Part shown: positions 55,815 to 64,000 of the stretch, piece by piece
Layout: each line of letters opens with the position of its first letter
How positions within the stretch are numbered: position 1 is the stretch's first letter
Assembly (NCBI RefSeq): GCF_036321535.1
Contig: NC_087443.1
Location: forward strand, 59,706,001 to 59,770,000
DNA length: 64,000 bases
Direction of reading: 5' to 3'
Source of the DNA: Camelus dromedarius
Lineage: Eukaryota
Notes under the pieces: model-generated
Databases searched by the model: none
Seen by the model: only the letters and a program-made list of their open reading frames with translations
Told to the model about the DNA's origin: nothing
Position numbers and translations under genes: made by a program

Positions 55815-56180
55815 GGCAGAAAAGGCTTTGGAGCTAGACAGGCCGGGGTTCAAATCTGCTACTTTTTTGCTGGGTGACATTGGGAAAATTACTTACATCT
55901 CTGAGCTTGAGGGGGTGCTCTCTTATAATATCGCAATAGTGTTACAAACTTTGTAGGGATTTTCTAAAGATGATAATGTTACAACCAATATCCATTTATT
56001 GAGCACTTTCCATGAGTTACCTCATTTAATCTTTACAGTCCTCTAAATAGCTATGACTGTCCACTTAAACTTTTTACAGAAGAGAAAACTGAGGCTTGGG
56101 TTAAATAGCTTGCCCGAGGTTCTATAGTAGGTACAATATGTCCTCAAGCCCAGGCTTGTCATGTCCAGACTGTTAAGGTA
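55815..56180. mobile_element. Two adjacent oppositely oriented MIR fragments
   Basis: GGGTTCAAATCTG...TGACATTGGGAAAATTACTT (+), then ATTTATTGAGCACT...GAAAACTGAGGCTT...CTTGCCCGAGGT (-). Confidence 0.65.
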
Positions 56181-56550
56181 GGAGAGTATGGATGAAAGAA
56201 GATACCGAGCACACCACCCGAGCACACGACCTGGCTCAGCGCTTGTTGGATGTCTGCCTTCTCTTCCCACGCCTTTATCAGTTTCCTTGGGTTACTCTGC
56301 AGTAATGGTATCTAGGCCAGCATTGTTTTAGCTGGACGTCATTGGCAATTCCCCAGTTTTGTTTTATGTACAAACTTTCCCCTGGTGGAAATGAGTTTTT
56401 AAATGGCTCAGAGGTCTGGGGTTAGGAGCAGAGCTGGCTCTGATCCCTGCAGCTAACTGACTCCTCCTTCCCCAGGGACAAAGATGACCAGACTGCCCAT
56501 GGCCATGAATGCGCCTCCATGCTCCTGAGGCTGAGGCTGGGCCTGCCGCC

Positions 56551-59500
56551 ATGGGGCTGGGCGGGCCCAGGGCCTGGCTGCTGGGCCTGCCCACGGCCGT
56601 GGTCTATGGCTCCCTGGCCCTCTTCATCTCTGTCCTGCACAACGTGTTCCTGCTTTACTACGTGGAGACCTTTGTCTCAGTGTACAAGATCAACAAAGCT
56701 GCCTTCTGGGTCGGAGAGGTAGGCCAGCGCTGGGGTGGCCAGCCTGGATGAGAGCTGGGCAGGTGGCAGGGCTGGGTCCTGCCCAGTCAGGAGCATGGGG
56801 CAGGCCAGGTTAGCTACCAAGACTTGGCAAGAAAAGCTGGAGCTGGAAGCCTTGAGGACTCCCCCTTAGTGGGGATTACACCAGCTCTCCTGGCCGCTGT
56901 CCTGTGAGCCAGGCACTGTTCTATGTGTGTACATTTATAATGTAATATAGTGACATATATTTATTAGCTGGATTCGTTGACCAGCTGGGCCCTGGATGGG
57001 TGGGAGTTGTTGGGAGCAGTGGCTGGTAGAGTGGGTTTTAGCAGAGGGACTGACCTGAGCAAAGATTTGCAGGCAAGAAAGCTGGGGTCATCTTTGAGGG
57101 ATGGCAGGCAGGCTGGGGTGGGGAAAGCCGTGGAGAGGAGGTTGTCTCGAGCCCACCTGCCCATCTCCCTTCTTCCCACAGACAGTGTTTCTCCTCTGGA
57201 ACAGCCTCAACGACCCCCTCTTCGGCTGGCTGAGTGACCGTCAGTTCCTCAGCTCCCAGCCCCGGTTTGTTTCCTGGGGGTGCTCACAGCTGGTCCTGTC
57301 CCACCCCACCCCTCCCCAGGCTACCTGTGTTTGGGGTGGGAAAAGAAAGGGGAAAGAAAGTGGGACTATTTTCAGCTATTGTCTGGGCGTTCTTCTTCCC
57401 CGAGGTCAGGCAGGCTCCATCCAGGTTGGAGAAGTGGACTTCTGAAGCTGCTGCCTTGCTCCCCTGGGGGAGAAATTTACCCCAGCTTGGCTTGTTAGGC
57501 CCTCGGGACTGGGTGCTGTACTGCAAACACTCTCTGCTGCTTCTGGCAGATTCCTTTACCCCATCCCCGCTTGGGCCCATCACTGCCCTCAGGCTTGAGA
57601 AATGGGTATCCTGTCACCCATCAGCCCTGGCAGGCTAAAAGAGCAGAGGGGAGGGTATCCCCACTGATGAGTTGTGCTTCCTAAATCAGAGGCTGAGGAC
57701 TTGGGGCTCTGGGACCACCCTGGTGTGAGTACCACACTCTAGACTTCCATCCTTCCTCTGGGCCCTGGGCAGGGGGAGCTGGGGCCTGCCAAGGCTGCAA
57801 GGGCATCTCCCAACAGCCCCTCCTCTCCCTGGCAGGTCAGGCACTGGGCTGTCCTCGAGGGCTGTGGTGCTGGCACGGGTGCGGGCACTGGGCTGGCACG
57901 GGCCGCTGCTGGCACTGTCATTCCTGGCGTTCTGGGTGCCCTGGGCCCCAGCTGGCCTGCAGTTCTTGCTGTGCCTGTGCCTCTATGATGGCTTCCTGAC
58001 ACTCGTGGACCTGCACCATCACGCCTTGCTGGCTGACCTGGCCCTCTCAGCCCACGACCGCACCCACCTCAACTTCTACTGCTCCCTCTTCAGTGCGGCT
58101 GGCTCCCTGTCTGTCTTTGCCTCCTACGCCTTCTGGAACAAGGAAGACTTCTCTTCCTTCCGCGCCTTCTGCGTGGCACTGGCCGCTGGCTCTGGCCTGG
58201 GCTTTGTGGGGGCCACACGGCTGCTGAAGCAGCGGGTTGAGGTGGCTGGCAGGGAGCCAGGGTGCCCAGCCCTGGCTGTGGACGGCAGGTAAGTGGCCAT
58301 CCCCAGCTCTCCAGGTTCTAGCCAGCACTCTGCTGGGTGTGACTGCAACGCGGGGTCCCCTCGCTGATGGGTGTCTGCCCTGGGGTGGGGGATGGCTCTG
58401 CCCAGCCCTAGGCCATTCCTAACTCCCCTCTGCCCTGTAGCCTGTGTGAAGAAGAGCTGCTTGTGGGCAGCAAGGAGGTGGGCAGCATCACCTTGGGCCA
58501 GTACCTCAGGCAGCTCGCACGGCACCGGAACTTACTGTGGTTCGTGGGCATGGACCTGGTGCAGGTATGGGAGCAGTGCCCCGACCCTGGATGGCTAGGG
58601 AGTGCGTCCTTCAAGGGCATGGGCTCTTCAGAAGCTGGGAAATCAGTTCTGGCCTCATGTGAGGACTGCTGGGTGGTTCAATGACAGGAATACAAGTTAG
58701 GTAGTTAGAGACCCGGATTTGAGCACCATCTGAGCTCTTAACTCCCTATGTGATCTTAGGCCGGTCTCAGTCTCTTGGGGCAGCCGTGTTCTCACCTGCA
58801 AAGTGAGGATATGAAAAAGAGATGCCTCTTTGGGAACTCTGTGACGATCTTTTTAAAACACCACATGCTATACCTAAAACAAATGTAGTATGTAGGTCAG
58901 CCAAATTTAGAAATAGATGTCATTAATTGTTTTATAATTGGTAAGTTTTACAAAAGAAAAACCTTTTAATTGTTCTAATGACAATTTTATCATTCCTTCT
59001 AACTTTTACCAAAATTAGAGATAAGAGTAGGAAATTGGTTTTAGGTTTTGTTCTTGCAAGTTCCATGTTGAGGGACATGGCGATAAAGGCTGCTCTTGCT
59101 CCTGCTGACTCCCCGATGGCTTTTGCCCAGTTCCCCGCTCCCCTCCGCCCCCACCCCCCAGCCTCCTTGCTGCCCGTGTTGGTTGCAGGTCTTTCACTGC
59201 CACTTCAACAGCAACTTCTTCCCCCTCTTCCTGGAGCATCTGTTGTCAGACCACATCTCCCTCTCCACGGGCTCCTTCCTGTTGGGTAAGTGGGTGCTCA
59301 GGCAGGCGGGAAGGACAGAGGCTTTCCCCCCAGAAACCCTAGCTTGGCTGCAGCCACTGTCACCTCCCCAGCTGGGGCCCAGGTGACAGAGAGCAGAATC
59401 TGCACTGGGGTTGCACCTCAAGCCCCCAGCTCTGTTTTCCAGGGGAAGGGACCAGAGCCCTCTGCATATGAGGGGGTAGGGCTGTCCTCACGGTGGTCTT

Positions 59501-60932
59501 CTTGCTGTTGGCGCCACCCAGAGGTGAAGCGGCGCAGTGGCTGGTTCACAGAGAGGGCTATAGTCCTGACAGGCCTGGATATGTCTTGACTGCTTAAACA
59601 GTGTGTGGCCTTGAGTGTGTTTTATTTAATCTCTTTGGGCCTCCATTTCTCATCTGGAGACTAGGAATAATAATGATAGTACTTACCTTAAAGGGTTGTG
59701 AGGACTAAATAAAAAGATGTGAAACTCTTTGCATAGAGCCTGGCACCTTGTGCAAACTCTGATTCTGATTGTTAAAATGTGGGCAATTGTGGAGGCTGCG
59801 GCAATGCCCCCTGACAAAGCCACACCCCTTTTCCCCAGGCATCTCCTATGTCGCTCCCCATCTCAACAACCTCTACTTCCTGCCCCTGTGCCGGCGCTGG
59901 GGTGTATATGCTGTGGTACGGGGGCTCTTCCTGCTCAAGCTGGGCCTGAGCCTGCTCATGCTGTTGGCTGGCCCCGACCACCCCGGCCTGCTCTGCCTCT
60001 TCATTGCCAGGTATATGCCCTGCCCTCCCTTGCCCCCACACCTCTATCCCACCCCTTCATTCTTGCCTGCTCTCTCTCTGCCGGCAGCAACCGTGTCTTC
60101 ACGGAGGGCACCTGTAAGCTGTTGACCTTGGTGGTCACTGACCTGGTGGATGAGGACCTGGTGCTGAACCACCGCAAGCAGGCGGCCTCAGCGCTTCTCT
60201 TTGGCATGGTGGCCCTGGTGACCAAGCCAGGCCAGACCTTTGCCCCACTGTTGGGCACCTGGCTTTTGTGCTTCTACACAGGTGAGGGCCCAGGGGCTGG
60301 CATGGGGCTCTCTAGGCTCCAGGGGGAAGAGTTTATCTGGTGCACCAGCTGATGAGCCTGGGATCTGGGTCTGGTAAGGGAGAGAGAATGGCAACTGGCC
60401 AACGGAGTTGGGCTGGGCAGCCCCTGGCTGGCACCCCTCCTCTGCCTCTCCCCACATGGGTAGAGGAACTGGGTTGCGTTCTCTCAGAAGTTCACTCATT
60501 TATTCAACAAACATGTATAGAATACCTTCTCTGCCAGGTGCTGCTCTTGGTGCCTCTAGGGAGGGAGTTGCTGTTTGGACATGTATGTGTGACCTTTGAG
60601 GTGGACTGCGGACTTTGGAGGAGACCAGGGCTGACCTACCTGTTCTTTCTGTGGGCTCTCTCGTTCTAGGTCATGATCTCTTCCAGCAGCCCCCACTGGC
60701 CCCTGTGGGGAGTGCCCAGCCCTGGCCAGAGCCCCCGGCCCCACCCCCGGCACAGGCCCCAACGCTCCGCCAGGGCTGTTTCTACCTGCTGGTGCTGGTG
60801 CCCATCATCTGTGCTCTGCTGCAGCTGTTCACCTGGTCCCAGTTCACATTGCATGGGAGACGCCTGCACATGGTCAAAGCCCAGCGCCAGAACCTGTCAT
60901 GGGCCCAAACCCTGGACGTTAAGACGGTGTGA
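56551..60932 (+). CDS. MFSD13A: Major facilitator superfamily domain-containing 13A (TMEM180)
   Basis: GCCGCC-ATG-G at 56551. Exons 56551-56718, 57182-57264, 57836-58288, 58441-58564, 59189-59285, 59839-60010, 60088-60281, 60670-60932 total 1554 nt = 517 aa; multi-pass hydrophobic protein with [14 protein letters not shown] motif; ends TLDVKTV-TGA. Confidence 0.97.
59575..59755 (+). mobile_element. MIR SINE in an MFSD13A intron
   Basis: GGCCTTG...CTCCATTTCTCATCTG...GGGTTGTGAGGACTAAAT...GCCTGGCAC. Confidence 0.7.
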
Positions 60933-61466
60933 GGGGTGCAGCAAGGCCAGCCTGCTGAGGACACTGCCTGTAGCCCTGGGCAGGAGCCATCTTTGCAAGC
61001 CCAGTGTCCTGGCCCTCTGCCTTCCTGGGGTACAGCCTGGAGGACAGATGGCAGAGTGGGAGCTCTGGGGGCTGAGCCAGGAGCATCACTGAGGTCTAAA
61101 TTCCTGCTTGGCTGTCTGGTCCAGCTTGGGCAAGGGCTGGGCTGTATGAGCTCAGGGACCTGCTTCCTCCTATAGGGCAGGAGGATGGGGAGGACCAAGA
61201 AGGGATGGTGCCACCCTGTTGTCATATGGGGTTGCTGGGGTACACAGAGGCCTATCCTCCTACCTGGCAGGGTCTGATGCTCTGTGTGGGCTTGGGAACC
61301 ACTTTTGTCCGGTCAGAGGAAGCCAACTGTAAGTCCCACCCACCCCTTCCAGTGGTTTCTCTCAGAATTCTCTGCTTCAGCTGCGCCTGAAGTAGCATGC
61401 CCCAGCAACTGCAGGGTGCCCTGACTCCACCCGGCCTCTAAAAGAGGTTCATTTTATCACAGACTG

Positions 61467-61472
61467 ATTAAA
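61467..61472 (+). terminator. Candidate MFSD13A polyadenylation signal ATTAAA
   Basis: First PAS-like hexamer noticed after the stop (~535 nt). Confidence 0.4.
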
Positions 61473-61734
61473 GTCAGTCATTTCTATTCCCATTCCTGAG
61501 GTCTGTGCTCTGTGTGGGAGTGGTGGGTTGGGCAACATGATTCCTTAGAGTTGCCAAGGAGCAGTTTTTGAAGCTGAGTGGGGGTCTCCTGCATCAGATT
61601 CACTGAGGTTGCAGGGAGAGCCTGCAGACCGGCAGCTGCATGGGCTTTGGGGAGCAAAACAACTTTCAGACCTTTGGTGGTACCCACATACCACTGCTAG
61701 ACGTGGTGGGCAAGGAAGAGTGGTCGTTTCTAGG

Positions 61735-61897
61735 CTAGAGGTCCTCAAACTTGGAATTGCTGTAAGTTCCGAAGATGCTGATGTCTGAGTTCTGTTCCCC
61801 ACGATTCTGATTTCATGGGTCTAGGGTATAGCCCTGGCACTCAGGTTTTGGAAAGTGTGATTTTACTGTGCAGCTGGGACTGAGAGCCCCTGCTCTA
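61735..61897. mobile_element. MER5A-like DNA transposon fossil
   Basis: CTCAAACTTG...GATTCTGATTTCATGGGTCTAGGGT. Confidence 0.55.
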
Positions 61898-62098
61898 GGG
61901 CAGCTTTTCTCAGCCTCAGCACTGGAGACATTCAGGGTCAGGTAGTTCTTTAGTCATCACAACTAGCAGGAGATTCTTCTGGCATCTAGTAGGCCAAGGC
62001 CAGGGATGCTGCTAAACATCCACAACAAACATCTCCAGACATTGCCTAGTGTGTCCTGAGGGGCAAAATTGACCTCGATTAGGAACCACTGCTCTAGG
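61897..62098. mobile_element. MER20-like DNA transposon fossil
   Basis: TTCTCAGCCTCAGCACT...TGGCATCTAGTAGGCCAAGGCCAGGGATGCTGCTAAACATCC...GAACCACTGCTCTA. Confidence 0.7.
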
Positions 62099-62109
62099 CC
62101 AGTGATTAT

Positions 62110-62330
62110 TTGAGGGTCTGCATAGCAGCTGAGGATGTTTGCTCCAGGGCTGTATTGCCTGGGTCCAAATTCTAGCTGACAAAGGGCAGAGCTTTGGGAA
62201 ATTATGTAATCTCTCTGTGGCTCTATTCTCTCAGCTGTAAAGTGGATATCAACACGCCTACACTTTGCAGGGTTGTCGGGAGAATCAACTGGGTTAACAT
62301 TTGGAAAATGCCTAACAGTACCCCTCCTAG
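62110..62330 (+). mobile_element. MIR SINE
   Basis: GGGTCCAAATTCTAGCT...CTCAGCTGTAAAGTGG...CAGGGTTGTCGGGAGAATCAA. Confidence 0.6.
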
Positions 62331-62734
62331 CCCCCCAAGTATACAGATTTAAAATGGAGAACTGATTAATCAGAGTATCTGAGCAAGGGCCCCAGGAACC
62401 GCTTTTTGAGAAGCTCCTGAGCTGCTTATTCACATCGAAGTTTTGAGAGCCTCTAATTTCAAAGATGTCAAGAGCTGGTTCCCTCATTTGGGGTAGAGTC
62501 TCATTCATGGGCTTGGGCGGGTGCACAGGGCTGGGACCCTCAGTTCCTGACCTGAGCTTGCATGTGAACACCATTTTCTCTGTACCCACCTGACAGGCTG
62601 GGTGTTGGACTAAGGTCTGGCCAAGCCTGACTGGTGCAACAGCACCCTCTAGAGGACAGACTAGGCCCAGTCACCATCTCAGACTCAGCTCATCCCTCCT
62701 CCCACCCTGCTCTGGCTAGAGAAAGAGGCCCAGC

Positions 62735-64000
62735 TGATGTATCTACTGGAACGACTTTATTTAAGTACACTGGGCCCCACCAGGCAATGTGGTTTGTGCG
62801 AGGCTGTGCGAGGAACAGGCTTGGGCTAAGAGGAGGGAGGTGAGCTGGTTAAGCACACTGCAGTCCGCGGGTCGCCACATCGCTTTCACACACACCTGCT
62901 GCTGCAGCCCACACCTGGCAGGGCCTTTGGTCGTTGGACGGCATGGGGGAAAATACTGCCTGAAATCTGGGATCTGGGCAGGTCTTGGTGTCACAGGTGA
63001 GGGTGCAGGTGATGATTTGCTAGCCTCAGCTTTGCACCATCTGGGTTGAAGTCCAGAGTAGGCACCTGGCTCCAGTGGACCAGAGGAGGTGAGCCTGAGC
63101 CCATCAGCTCTTGGCACTCTGGTTTGGCCCTTCCCTCCCTAAACAAACAAGTCCAAAGACAAGAATGGCACAAATCAGCCCAGAGGGGGCCTTCTCACCT
63201 CTATAACCTAGTCCCCCTGGGTCAGCTAGAGTGGGAAAAGGCAACTTGGTTAATTGCGGCTCTTTCTTCAGTCCTAAGGGGTTTGGATTCCCAACACCCC
63301 TCCTTTTCTAGGAGCCTCTGCCAAAGGGTGATTCTACCCCGTTTCAGAAAATCCAGCCAGCAACTAGCATGTTGATTCCAGGGCAATGAGCAAGTGGAAG
63401 AGGGAGAAAGACGCTGGAGTGACTTTGACTGTAGCCTCCAATCCCAAATGGTCTTGAGGCCTATGGATACTGTCAGTTCACTGTTAGCAAGGAGTGGCGG
63501 GGCCCTGGATGCTACGCTAAGCTTAGGCGCTGTAAACATTAGTGTGCACAGGGTGACTGGTGGGGCAGGAGGCAGTGAGCTCCCTCTTTCCAGTCCCTGT
63601 ACTAAACAAACACTTCAATAAATAAAACTGAAGATGGCATTACCCAAGGATGGATGGAAAGCAAGTAACAGGGCCTGGGGCCAACAGGCTCCTGAAACTC
63701 TCCTGACAGCCCCTGGATGGGGGCTAGGGGTTGGAGCATTAGCTCTGCCACCAATCAAAAGTAGCACTACTCCTGCCCTCCTCAAATGCCCAGTGTGGTC
63801 CTGGTCCCCAGGTGAAGGTGAGGGCATCCTGCCCCCTGCTGACCCCAAAGTCTCAGTAGCAGCTCCCAGAGTGCTCTTCCAGCCTTGCAAAGCTGAACTG
63901 CAACAAAACCAGACAGAACTCAACCCTGGCCCCAGGCCTCGGTCCACGATCTAGAGGCATCAAGAGCAGAATGATGAGCAAGGGGGGGCAGCAGCTGCCT
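62735..64000 (-). other. ACTR1A: Probable ACTR1A 3' UTR (coding exons beyond window)
   Basis: Minus-strand AATAAA at 62761-62756 followed by repeat-poor sequence; ACTR1A is the next, convergent gene in the conserved order. No coding sequence is visible. Confidence 0.55.

Noticed and set aside
59511-59524. CTCF-like GCGCCACCCAGAGG
   Set aside because: Two mismatches in core positions; cannot be supported without ChIP data.

Overview
Mammalian genomic DNA, most likely a camelid (three Vic-1-like tRNA-derived SINEs), syntenic with human 10q24.32. Gene order: NFKB2 (+, 5'-partial), PSD/EFA6A (-), FBXL15 (+), CUEDC2 (-), MIR146B (+), C10orf95-like (-) with an interlocked antisense transcript, MFSD13A/TMEM180 (+), and probably the ACTR1A 3' UTR (-). 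Exons were mapped by hand from GT-AG boundaries and reading phase. Seven N gaps hide several exons and start/stop codons. Interspersed repeats (L1, L2, MIR, MaLR LTR, MER5A/MER20) fill 27-63 kb. I see no convincing wholly new biological system. The best leads are: (1) a REST/RE1 element with two perfect half-sites but the left half inverted, at the PSD/FBXL15 head-to-head promoter; (2) an internal PSD first exon giving a Sec7-less isoform with a polybasic N-terminus; (3) a TSD-flanked, polyadenylated non-repeat retro-insertion; (4) interlocked sense/antisense splicing over C10orf95; (5) a C/EBP-kB-STAT-TATA module between CUEDC2 and MIR146B. Gene and repeat-family names come from recalled sequences, not database searches.
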